Source of the DNA: a virus
Lineage: Duplodnaviria; Caudoviricetes
Direction: 5' to 3' (one strand)
IMG/VR virus record: IMGVR_UViG_3300032270_000933
Location: 1 to 24,027 of that record
Length of the DNA: 24,027 nucleotides
Shown here: in pieces, positions 1-8,047 of the stretch
How the letters are laid out: each line of letters opens with the position of its first letter
How positions within the stretch are numbered: position 1 is the first letter of the stretch
The notes under the pieces: model-generated
What the model saw: the letters and a program-made list of their open reading frames with translations, nothing else
Told to the model about the DNA's origin: nothing
Databases searched by the model: none
Translations under genes and position numbers: made by a program

Positions 1-24
1 GTAGGCAATATTAGATGATGACAT
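1..24 (-). CDS. 5' end of a gene downstream of the portal, truncated by the window edge (MSSSNIAY...); possibly the prohead protease by synteny
   Basis: Minus-strand ATG at 24-22 preceded by GGAG (32-29). The product guess rests only on the usual portal-protease order. Confidence 0.4.
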
Positions 25-84
25 AAAACTCCATGAGGTCTTCATTGATAATAAAGGACGGAATGGCGTTTGATTGCAAGTATT

Positions 85-112
85 AAATACAGATATTGCA
101 GTTTCTGTATTT
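85..112. repeat. Inverted repeat AAATACAGA-N10-TCTGTATTT just downstream of the portal stop (weak terminator or operator)
   Basis: Perfect 9-bp arms at 85-93 and 104-112 in an intergenic region. The stem is AT-rich and its function is uncertain. Confidence 0.35.
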
Positions 113-133
113 TATTTTTGGTTGTTTACAGAT

Positions 134-2170
134 TTAAATCTGCGAACCGACCATCCATGCTCGGCGGGTTTCGTCTTCTGCTACTTGTCCACGTTTTTTA
201 GCCAAAAGATTTGTGAATGTAGTTACGAGTGCACTTCTAAATGCTGTTGCTCGCTCTTCTTCACCAAGAACCGAAAGTGTCGTAAAGATAGAATTGCTAA
301 TTTCTTGAGCAGTTTCTTCGTTAATTGACTTAATTCTGTTCATCTGAGCATCAACACTGGCCATAATGTCTTCCTTTTTCATAGGAACACGAACAAGGCT
401 CTTCTCCGCATAGGTGCTTTGAGCGTCATTGATGATTGATGTCAATACAGGACGGATGTCTTCATCCATCTGCTTTGACCATGTTTCAAGAGTAAAAACA
501 CTCTCGGTATCAAGATTTCCAACCGACAGTTGTTTTCTGGCTTTTACACCAGCGGCTTTTTCAAGTACTACTCGCATTTGTCGTTCAAAGACTCGCTCAA
601 GACTTCGGTCAAGAATCTCGGTCCAACGATTACATGTTGTCGTGACTTTTTCCATCCACTCTTCATCAGCCTTACTATTGATGCCTGAGAAGTACCCAGT
701 CATCTGTCCGGGAGCGGTTGGCATTGCTGCTGCTTCTGGAGGTGCAGATGCTTCTGCGGCTGCCTGAGGTGCTTCTTGTTGGTTTGCTAAAGCAAGTGCA
801 CCTTGCATCGTGGTTGGGTCTGGTGGTGCCCCTTCAGCGCCAGGCATACCCATAGGAGCAGCGCCTGGCATGCCAGGGGGAAGATTGTTTCCTGGTGTTC
901 CAGGTATTTGAGCCTGGGGTGGCTCCTCCATCTTCTTCTTGGTGTTTGCGATTGGCGTCAAGTTTGGATTCATCAAAAGGGAATCAGCGAGGTCGCTATC
1001 AACTTCTTTTCTGCCAGAAGCAATTCTGTACTCATTTGTACTGATTAAGCCCTGAGAGAGTTCTTCCTTGATGTATCTCTGACGCTCCTGCTCGTAGAGG
1101 ATAAGTACAGGAACTTGAGAAGTATTAAAATCAACATAGTGTTCTTCGTCTAGTTCATCTAGTGCTCTAGCGATTGGCTCCAAGTGAGGAAGCATTGTCT
1201 CGTTCCAAAATACTCGGATTTCCTCGCTGGCATTAGAGAACGTACGGCCCGAAGCGTTTCCGATGACCGACTCGGGAACACCAAATGAAGCAAGGATTTC
1301 TTCTTTTGTGATTTGTCGCATTTGAATATATGCGGCATCTCTTGGGCTTGAAGATGTATCAACAAAGTCTGCACCGTCGTCTGACGAAATAACGCTTGTT
1401 GCGCCAACTTTTGTTAGGTTTCCCCTAAATCGACTTTTAAGTTCTTCCTTGTCGTCATCATCGATTTCTCCACGAAGAACAAGAAGACCACCAGGACGGC
1501 CATCGTTGAGAAGGAAGTTGCGGTTGTAGACCTTTGCTAAGTTTTCAATTTCGACAGCAATGCCAGCAGCCTCAAGCGGAGTCATGGATAGATATGGGTC
1601 CAATGGGTGTGGCTTGCGAATCCATACGACATCGTCTGGCTTCATAACCACTGTTCCGCCATTTGGCATTAGAACTTCATAGCCAGAAACAAAATTTCTT
1701 GGGTCAGGAATCGGTGCGGTTGATTGAGGGGGGAGAAGGCTCAAAGCAATAACGCTTCCATCGCGCCCTCTAATCTTTTCAATAAAAACGCCTCTGGAAC
1801 TCATTAATAGTTGAGAAGACAAGCGGTACCTAAAAATAAACGAGTTTTCACCAATATTGGCTTTTGTGTTCAAAATCTTTAAAACGTTTGAGTTTTTTGC
1901 CTTTGAGCCAATAACTATTTCTCCATCTGGAGAATTGTCTTTTCTTAAGATGATTGGCAGTCTTGCTTGGTTTCCGGCAATCGCATCAATACAACGAGCC
2001 ACCCAAGTGACTTTTTGCATTCCTTCTTTGTATACCCGCTCAATATCCCATGAGTCTCTATATGCTTTTCCTTGATAGGCAAGGTTTTGGGCAATGGGAG
2101 CACCAGGACCTACAGCGGCTTTTGACGACTGGTTGCCTAACGATTTGTTTTGTGATGGATTCCAGGGCAT
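134..2170 (-). CDS. Phage portal protein (HK97 family) with a Pro/Ala/Met/Gly linker and a C-terminal MuF/gp7-like helical extension
   Basis: Portal motifs WVARCIDAIA..ARLP, P.PLDPY.SMTPLEAA, NFLLNDGRPGGLL, EEILASFGVPESVIG, TFSNASEE..FWNETMLP, ISTNEYR. About 260 extra C-terminal residues. Confidence 0.92.
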   Translation of the reverse strand: MPWNPSQNKSLGNQSSKAAVGPGAPIAQNLAYQGKAYRDSWDIERVYKEGMQKVTWVARCIDAIAGNQARLPIILRKDNSPDGEIVIGSKAKNSNVLKILNTKANIGENSFIFRYRLSSQLLMSSRGVFIEKIRGRDGSVIALSLLPPQSTAPIPDPRNFVSGYEVLMPNGGTVVMKPDDVVWIRKPHPLDPYLSMTPLEAAGIAVEIENLAKVYNRNFLLNDGRPGGLLVLRGEIDDDDKEELKSRFRGNLTKVGATSVISSDDGADFVDTSSSPRDAAYIQMRQITKEEILASFGVPESVIGNASGRTFSNASEEIRVFWNETMLPHLEPIARALDELDEEHYVDFNTSQVPVLILYEQERQRYIKEELSQGLISTNEYRIASGRKEVDSDLADSLLMNPNLTPIANTKKKMEEPPQAQIPGTPGNNLPPGMPGAAPMGMPGAEGAPPDPTTMQGALALANQQEAPQAAAEASAPPEAAAMPTAPGQMTGYFSGINSKADEEWMEKVTTTCNRWTEILDRSLERVFERQMRVVLEKAAGVKARKQLSVGNLDTESVFTLETWSKQMDEDIRPVLTSIINDAQSTYAEKSLVRVPMKKEDIMASVDAQMNRIKSINEETAQEISNSIFTTLSVLGEEERATAFRSALVTTFTNLLAKKRGQVAEDETRRAWMVGSQI

Positions 2171-2176
2171 TATTTT

Positions 2177-2401
2177 TTACTCAAGACCTAATAGAAAACC
2201 AAAAATACCGCATGTAATACCTGCCGCAATAAAACCAAGAGCAGGGGAAAATATCCCTGCTCCGACACTGGTAAACAGTATAAACCCTACCATCATAAAA
2301 TATGTGAAGAATTGACGAGTTGCGCTCTTTCGGACGAATAAAGACAACTTTGCTAATCTGTTTACTGTTGCAGTAAGCACTGCTTTAAGCGAAAAAGGCA
2401 T
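2177..2401 (-). CDS. Small membrane protein (about 74 aa, two hydrophobic helices) immediately upstream of the portal
   Basis: Hydrophobic FFTYFMMVGFILFTSVGAGIF and PALGFIAAGITCGIFGFLLGL. Start moved from 2419 to 2401 because TACGGT lies 6 nt upstream (leaderless pattern). Confidence 0.7.
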   Translation of the reverse strand: MPFSLKAVLTATVNRLAKLSLFVRKSATRQFFTYFMMVGFILFTSVGAGIFSPALGFIAAGITCGIFGFLLGLE

Positions 2402-2461
2402 GTCTATACCGTAGCGCATAAGTGTGGTCTAATGTGAGAGCACTAATAATTTTGGAGAAAC
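2402..2461. promoter_or_regulatory. Divergent promoter region between the head unit and the terminase unit
   Basis: Minus-strand TACGGT (2413-2408) 6 nt before ATG 2401; plus-strand TAATGT (2430-2435); GGAGA RBS before ATG 2462. Confidence 0.5.
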
Positions 2462-3766
2462 ATGACAGACTGGCTAAAGGTACTTGAGTATCTAGAACCT
2501 AAAAAACCACCCTTCTGTCCTGAAGAAGCGTCAATAACCCAGAAGGTGTTTTTAAGAACGTACGGGATTGAAGCCTTGTTTGGTGGTGCGGCGGGTGGAG
2601 GTAAATCTTCTGCCCTTTTGATGGCGGCACTTCAATACGTTGATGTTCCTGGGTATTCGGCAATTCTTTTCCGTCGTACATTTGCCGACCTATCGCTACC
2701 CGGAGCCCTGATGGACCGTTTTAAGACATGGATTGACCTGCATGACGACATCCACTGGAACGCTAACTCCTATGTTGCAACATTTCCCTCAGGAGCAAGA
2801 ATTTCATTCGGATACCTGAATAATACAAACGACTACCTTCGCTACAAGGGTTCAGAATTCCAATTCATCGGCATGGACGAAGTTACCGAAATCCGTGAAT
2901 CTGACTATAGATACCTTTTCTCTCGTCTCCGTCGACCAGCCACAGGACCACTATCTCAGGTTCCGTTGAGGATGAGGGCCGCCTCAAACCCTGCTCCAAA
3001 CTGGGTTAGGCAAAGGTTCATTGTTGAAGGATTGGAAAAGGGAAGAATATTTGTTCCTTCAAAGTTGACTGATAACCCTGGAATTGACGCAGATTCATAT
3101 CGTCAAGCACTTCAAGCCTTGGACCCTATTGAGCGTAGGCGTCTTGAGGAAGGTGACTGGTGGAGCACGACGCTCGGAACACTGTTTGACAGAACCTCAG
3201 TAGTCATTATTGACCAAAATGAGGTGCCGCAGGTCACATCGGCAGCCAGAGTCGTAAGGTTTTGGGACCTTGCGGCCACGGAGCCGTCCCATGTCACCCC
3301 AAACCCTGACTGGACCGTTGGTACATTAATGTTGTTTGACGGCGGAGTTGCTTACATTTTGGATGTTAAAAAAGCCCGAGTCAAAGGCGCTCAAGTAGAG
3401 CAGATGATTGCCCAAACCGCATACGAAGACGGTCGGGGAGTGGCAATCCGTATGGAGCAAGAACCGGGCTCGTCAGGAAAAGCACTAGTTGACCAATACG
3501 CTAGATACGTACTTCCTGGGTATGATTTTGGTGGGATTAGGTCTACTGGAGACAAGGTCACAAGAGCAAGACCATTTGCTGCTGCTGTCGCTAATGGCAA
3601 CGTAAGAATTATTAGAGGTCCTTGGTTGAGTGATTGGCTGGATGAACTTTCGTCTTTCCCTGAAGCATGTGACCACGATGACCAGGTTGACTCTGCTGTA
3701 GGCGCTTTTACACATTTGGCTGGCCTCGGGTTGCCACAAAGGAAAATCGTCAGTATTATCGTCTAG
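2462..3766 (+). CDS. terL: Terminase large subunit
   Basis: Walker A FGGAAGGGKS, Walker B FIGMDE, coupling motif AASNP, nuclease-domain RFWDLAA and C-terminal HDDQVDS. Confidence 0.95.
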   Translation: MTDWLKVLEYLEPKKPPFCPEEASITQKVFLRTYGIEALFGGAAGGGKSSALLMAALQYVDVPGYSAILFRRTFADLSLPGALMDRFKTWIDLHDDIHWNANSYVATFPSGARISFGYLNNTNDYLRYKGSEFQFIGMDEVTEIRESDYRYLFSRLRRPATGPLSQVPLRMRAASNPAPNWVRQRFIVEGLEKGRIFVPSKLTDNPGIDADSYRQALQALDPIERRRLEEGDWWSTTLGTLFDRTSVVIIDQNEVPQVTSAARVVRFWDLAATEPSHVTPNPDWTVGTLMLFDGGVAYILDVKKARVKGAQVEQMIAQTAYEDGRGVAIRMEQEPGSSGKALVDQYARYVLPGYDFGGIRSTGDKVTRARPFAAAVANGNVRIIRGPWLSDWLDELSSFPEACDHDDQVDSAVGAFTHLAGLGLPQRKIVSIIV

Positions 3767-3791
3767 GTACCCACTACTAGACGGAGACAAA

Positions 3792-4292
3792 ATGATAACC
3801 CCAGCAGATTTACGAATCATGCTTATAACCCTTGATGACTTCCTTAACAGCGAAGGCGTTAACGAAGCAGACATTGACGTTTGGTCAGAGCATCTCGTAA
3901 TGCTCAACCATGTCAAGAAAGACATTGCTGCGATTTACGATTCATTCACAGCCAAGATGGTTGACAGAATGCAGTCCGAAAAAAAGACAGAATTAACCCT
4001 TAGTACCGGTGCTGAAATTAAATGCAAGGTTGGCTCTGCGAGAAAGTCATGGGATAACAAGGGTCTTATGGTGCAGGTTTTTGAACGCCTTCAGCAGTCT
4101 TCAGTTGATATGGATACTGGCGAAGTTACGTTGTCAACTGAAGAAATTGTCAATAAGATACTTGATTATGTCCAACCTTCATACTGGCGGGTTGGAGCAC
4201 TAAGCGAACTAGGCATTAACGCAGACATGTTCTGTGAAGTTGCTGAACCGAAAACAAATATTGCTATTTATCTCAAAGGAGAGAAAAAATGA
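3792..4292 (+). CDS. Hypothetical protein (166 aa), translationally coupled to the annealing protein
   Basis: GGAGA RBS; ATGA overlap with the next gene; contains VDMDTGEV. No family recognised. Confidence 0.75.
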   Translation: MITPADLRIMLITLDDFLNSEGVNEADIDVWSEHLVMLNHVKKDIAAIYDSFTAKMVDRMQSEKKTELTLSTGAEIKCKVGSARKSWDNKGLMVQVFERLQQSSVDMDTGEVTLSTEEIVNKILDYVQPSYWRVGALSELGINADMFCEVAEPKTNIAIYLKGEKK

Positions 4293-4936
4293 CTACTAAC
4301 AACATCAAAGAAATGCAAAACGAACTAAATGAGCAATTTCCCAAAGAGGTTGAGCGACAACTAAAAAAAGGTGGCGCTTCACTTACTTACATTCCTGTCA
4401 GTGAAGTAATCACACGACTTAACAAGGTCCTCGGATTTGAGGGTTGGTCTTATGAAATCATCAAGTGTGAACGAGACGCTATTGACCCAGATTTTATTGT
4501 TGCTCATGTCCGTCTTGTTGTTCATTCGTTGAATGAAGACTCTTTCATGACTACAACAAAAGATGGATTCGGCGGTCAAAAAATCAAGCGCACAAAGAAT
4601 GGCGACATTGTCGACCTTGGGGACGAAATGAAGGGTGCCGTTTCTGACGCACTTAAAAAAGCCGCTCAGGCTTTGGGTGTTGGTCTTTACCTTGCGCGCT
4701 CGGAAGAAGCAATGGAGATTGAAGCAGAAGCGTCTATTGACCCACTTATTGAATCAATGTGGACACAGTTTGTTGAACTGTCAAAAGGTCTCACCGCAGA
4801 TGGAAAGAAAACCCTTAATGACTTTTGGGTGACTTACGCTGGTAGTCGTCCAAAGCCGACAAAGAACACTGCCACAAAAGATGACCTTGATGCACTTACT
4901 GGCGAGTGCCTTAGAATCAGTATGGATGCAGAGTAA
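4289..4936 (+). CDS. Rad52/Rad22-family (Sak-like) single-strand annealing protein
   Basis: LTYIP..EVITRLNKVLGFEGWSYEI and KGAVSDALKKAAQALGVGLYL are characteristic Rad52/22 family motifs. Confidence 0.88.
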   Translation: MTTNNIKEMQNELNEQFPKEVERQLKKGGASLTYIPVSEVITRLNKVLGFEGWSYEIIKCERDAIDPDFIVAHVRLVVHSLNEDSFMTTTKDGFGGQKIKRTKNGDIVDLGDEMKGAVSDALKKAAQALGVGLYLARSEEAMEIEAEASIDPLIESMWTQFVELSKGLTADGKKTLNDFWVTYAGSRPKPTKNTATKDDLDALTGECLRISMDAE

Positions 4937-5694
4937 TGGCGCTCACGCCCCCTCCACATCTTTCCCCGTCTTCTATCGGTTCATTCCAGCAGTGCCCACT
5001 CAAGTTTAAGTACAACAAGATTGATGGGCTAACAGACGACCCAACTCAAGCAACACTTATGGGCAATTTTGTTCATGATGTACTTGAAACAATGTATGGA
5101 TTTTCTCCAGAGCAACGCACTCAGCAAACAGCAAAAGAAATATCTTCCGAACTATGGAACACGGGATGGGGAGAGCGAGTTGCTCCTTGGGTAAAAGGCG
5201 TTGAAAACCTTCGCATGTTCCGATGGAACTCATGGTGGTGTATTGAAAACCTATGGAAGATTGAGAACCCTTTATTGATTGAACCATCAGGTCTTGAAGA
5301 AGAATTGAATGGTCAAATTGGTGGAGTTCAAATTAAAGGTTTTATTGACCGATTTTCTGAACTTGAAGAAGGTTTTGTAATTTCTGACTACAAAACCGGA
5401 AAGACACCAAAAGGTAAATGGGTAAAGGACAAGTTTTTTCAATTGCTTGTCTATTCCCATCTTTTGGATTCTCTTGGATATGGAGAAGCAAAGAAGGTTG
5501 AACTTCTTTATCTTAAGGATGGCGTTAAGTACAGCCATGATGTAACTCAAGAAGAACTTGACGAAGTAGAAAATGTAGTTGTTTCTGTTAAATCAGAAAT
5601 TGACAAACGATGTGAAACAGAGGAGTTTGAGCCAGTAAAGTCCGTACTTTGCGGATGGTGCTCATATAAGACAATATGTCCAGCGTGGAAGTAA
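4936..5694 (+). CDS. RecB/Cas4-like PD-(D/E)XK exonuclease with a probable 4Fe-4S cluster
   Basis: LSPSS....QCP, GNFVHDVLE, KGFIDR, ISDYKTGK, QLLVY and C-terminal CGWCSYKTICP (1+3 Cys). Confidence 0.9.
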   Translation: MALTPPPHLSPSSIGSFQQCPLKFKYNKIDGLTDDPTQATLMGNFVHDVLETMYGFSPEQRTQQTAKEISSELWNTGWGERVAPWVKGVENLRMFRWNSWWCIENLWKIENPLLIEPSGLEEELNGQIGGVQIKGFIDRFSELEEGFVISDYKTGKTPKGKWVKDKFFQLLVYSHLLDSLGYGEAKKVELLYLKDGVKYSHDVTQEELDEVENVVVSVKSEIDKRCETEEFEPVKSVLCGWCSYKTICPAWK

Positions 5695-6200
5695 TGATTA
5701 ACGACGACACTTTTGCCCGAATGGTTGCTGAGGAAGTAAAAAATAAACTTTCTCCTCAGCAGAAGAAGATTCTTTCTTCTCCCGAAAATTGGGATAAATG
5801 GAAAGAATGCCTGCTTATTCTGATTGACAATCTTGACAGACAGATTGACCTAATTAAAGAAGATGCAGAAGCAGACGCTGACCGATATGGCTCTATGGGG
5901 CGTAGCGGTGAAAAATTAGCCAGAGAAGCAGCAAAGGCTTATCAAGCAAAGATTGTCAAGATTGACCGATTTAAATTCCACGTCAATCGTCGCTTAGATG
6001 ATTTAATGTTGATGATGGAAACTGGTGAATCAATTGAATCAGACGGTTGGGATGAAGTCGCTTTTTTGAAGCGGGCGATATCTACACATCGCTCCTTGTT
6101 GAACCAGTATGATTTAGAAGATACTTCTGTTGATAGGGCGCTTTGGGCTGCTCTTGAAAATAGATGGGAATTTGACTCAATTAATGAGAGTAATATTTAA
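5694..6200 (+). CDS. Hypothetical helical protein (about 168 aa)
   Basis: Start reassigned from 5676 to ATG 5694, which overlaps the exonuclease stop (TAATG). Long charged helices. Confidence 0.75.
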   Translation: MINDDTFARMVAEEVKNKLSPQQKKILSSPENWDKWKECLLILIDNLDRQIDLIKEDAEADADRYGSMGRSGEKLAREAAKAYQAKIVKIDRFKFHVNRRLDDLMLMMETGESIESDGWDEVAFLKRAISTHRSLLNQYDLEDTSVDRALWAALENRWEFDSINESNI

Positions 6201-6379
6201 TGCAAGTAAACCTTGAAGAAGTAATTGAAGCACTTAGCAATCAGGTTGCTCAGATGACAAAAGACAGCATTCTTTTGCGTTTAATTATTGAAAAGCAACA
6301 AAAAGAACTAGAGGTTTTACGTGCGTCACAGGTCAAAGAAGAAGGAAGCGGAATACCGCCTCAGGCGTCCGCTAGTTGA
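6200..6379 (+). CDS. Small coiled-coil protein, 59 aa (MQVNLEEVIEALSNQVAQMTKDSILLRLIIEKQQKELEVLR...), not in the ORF track
   Basis: TAATG coupling at 6198-6202; open to TGA 6377-6379; fills an otherwise empty gap; heptad-like hydrophobic pattern. Confidence 0.65.
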   Translation: MQVNLEEVIEALSNQVAQMTKDSILLRLIIEKQQKELEVLRASQVKEEGSGIPPQASAS

Positions 6380-6620
6380 AAAACTTCTAGACGAATACCC
6401 TCATTGTCAGGCTTGTAAGGTATTTGCCGAGCATGACGGGGTTGCCACCTTTGTCCAGAATCGCTCTGTTGACGTTCACGAGATAATGAGACGCTCACAA
6501 GGCGGTTCTATCCTTGATGAATCAAATCTTTTATGCGTATGCCGGCCTTGCCATAATAGAATTGGCAACTATCCGCAACTTGCTTTTGACCTTGGTCTAG
6601 CAAAACATGCTTACGACTGA
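6321..6620 (+). CDS. Small HNH endonuclease (Zn-binding, HK97 gp74-like size)
   Basis: CQAC...VDVHEIMRRSQGG...SNLLCVCRPCHNRI; GTG start with GAGG RBS. Confidence 0.85.
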   Translation: MRHRSKKKEAEYRLRRPLVEKLLDEYPHCQACKVFAEHDGVATFVQNRSVDVHEIMRRSQGGSILDESNLLCVCRPCHNRIGNYPQLAFDLGLAKHAYD

Positions 6621-7258
6621 GGCTTAAATTCCCCTTGTCGTTGGTCTATTCGGGCACTACCGCCAGGATATATGTCTCGCAACTTTTCGCCATCTGCAGT
6701 GGTAACTGCTCCGCCGTGAATAACTTTGCCAGGACTAAACCCATAACATGCGTTCACAACATCACAAACGCCAAACATCATGACCGAAATTCTCTTGCGT
6801 CGCCATTTGGGAGAAGTTGTAATTTGTTGAATCATTGGGTCTCCAGCGCGCCAATTAATCATCCCAACCCATGACGACATGTACTCCTTCTCAAGAACTT
6901 GAGACGCTTCTGAGTCATCCAATACAGTCCCCCACGGGTATCTATCGTCCGCATAGCCGAGCAATATAAAGTGTGCTGGCTGAAGGTGTCTCCCATCAAG
7001 AAGAACGAACCACATTTTCACCACTTCGTCTTCAGGGCCAAATACTTCTTCACGGTAGTACTTGACGACCAAACGACCTTCGGTGTCAACTTCTCCACGC
7101 CCCCACTCGGTTGGGTCTTCAGCGGGCAGTTCTTCGCCAACGTTATACCAGCGTTTTGGTGGCTGACTCATGCCAGCCGAGAGCCAACGAATATCAAAGA
7201 AACGGTCGCTTAATTTGTTTCCAGTATCAAGCGCAAATGTTGAAGGGAATTTTGCCAT
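6611..7258 (-). CDS. Hypothetical protein with a C-terminal GNAT-like acetyltransferase motif
   Basis: IQQITTSPKWRRKRISVMMF resembles GNAT motif A (V.P.YRRRGIA); followed by IHGG..TTADGEKL. Leaderless start. Confidence 0.55.
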   Translation of the reverse strand: MAKFPSTFALDTGNKLSDRFFDIRWLSAGMSQPPKRWYNVGEELPAEDPTEWGRGEVDTEGRLVVKYYREEVFGPEDEVVKMWFVLLDGRHLQPAHFILLGYADDRYPWGTVLDDSEASQVLEKEYMSSWVGMINWRAGDPMIQQITTSPKWRRKRISVMMFGVCDVVNACYGFSPGKVIHGGAVTTADGEKLRDIYPGGSARIDQRQGEFKPQS

Positions 7259-7273
7259 ACGGCAAGACTATCA
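7259..7273 (-). promoter_or_regulatory. Extended -10 promoter (TGATAGTCT) giving a leaderless transcript of the GNAT-like gene
   Basis: Minus strand reads TGA TAGTCT TGCCGT ATG: TGn + TAnnnT, 6 nt to ATG, no SD. Confidence 0.6.
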
Positions 7274-7274
7274 A

Positions 7275-7985
7275 TTAGTCATTCCACCATGTTGACCAAG
7301 GGGCCTTAGGGTCTTCTTTTTCTACAGTCTCAGAAACGCCAGTGTATGCAACATGGATTGTCACGGTTGCGTCTTGGTCGTAATCTGTCCAGTCGCCCTC
7401 GTTGCTGTATACAAACATGCTGATGATTTCATCTGGGTTAAGGATGGCCATATTTGTCTTGTACTTGTTAGCAGCAAACTGACCACTGCTCCAGCCATTA
7501 TTTCCCCAGTATGGGTTATGGTCGGCATCTAGCGCTGGGGCAAAACCAGTTGATGAGCGGAACGCTTGGGAATTGTCATAGTAATTGTTGATGTATTGCG
7601 TTGTTGCATCTTTGAACATGCCAGCAGGCGCATCTTCTGGAAGACCGAGCCAAATGGTTGGCTTGAACTCATCGCTACCGTAAACTTCTCCTGTCTGGCT
7701 CTCTGGTTCGTCGTAACCAAAGAACGGTGCCCAGTCTGTCGGTTCGTCAACATCAGAAAGAACAGTACGAGGAGACTTTGACTTTTGCGCTGAAAGTACC
7801 AATGTTCTTCCAGCGTCTTCAAACAAATCGCCGTCAAAGGTTCCCGTAAGCATTCTTCTATCTGCAGTGAACCAGATACCCTCAATTTGGACCTTGAAGG
7901 GGAAGGACACATTAATAAACGAGTTGTTAAGGTTCCCAACCATATAGTCGTAGGTAACGATTGATGGTGCGATAATTCCAGACAT
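7275..7985 (-). CDS. Hypothetical acidic, aromatic-rich protein (236 aa)
   Basis: Strong AGGAGA RBS (7995-7990); beta-strand-like ends (FPFKVQIEGIWF; IISMFVY..ATVTIHVAY) around a D/E/N/W/Y-rich middle. Confidence 0.8.
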   Translation of the reverse strand: MSGIIAPSIVTYDYMVGNLNNSFINVSFPFKVQIEGIWFTADRRMLTGTFDGDLFEDAGRTLVLSAQKSKSPRTVLSDVDEPTDWAPFFGYDEPESQTGEVYGSDEFKPTIWLGLPEDAPAGMFKDATTQYINNYYDNSQAFRSSTGFAPALDADHNPYWGNNGWSSGQFAANKYKTNMAILNPDEIISMFVYSNEGDWTDYDQDATVTIHVAYTGVSETVEKEDPKAPWSTWWND

Positions 7986-8020
7986 TGGGTCTCCTATTGG
8001 TTATAAGCAACAAAAAAATA

Positions 8021-8040
8021 ATACTACAAACTGCTAGTAT
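8021..8040. promoter_or_regulatory. Back-to-back divergent -10 elements (ATACTA-N8-TAGTAT)
   Basis: TAGTAT on both strands. The plus copy is extended (TGCTAGTAT) and lies 7 nt before ATG 8048; the minus copy points to the gene starting at 7985. Confidence 0.6.
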
Positions 8041-8047
8041 CGCCCGC

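Noticed and set aside
2177-2401. Holin
   Set aside because: No endolysin nearby; small two-helix proteins just upstream of HK97-type portals are a recurring feature of unknown function. Not fully excluded.
2462-3766. Intein or intron in the terminase
   Set aside because: The 434-aa frame is continuous with normal motif spacing and no splicing motifs.
4936-5694. cas4 of a CRISPR system
   Set aside because: No cas1/cas2 or repeat-spacer array in the window; it is coupled to an annealing protein as in phage recombination modules.
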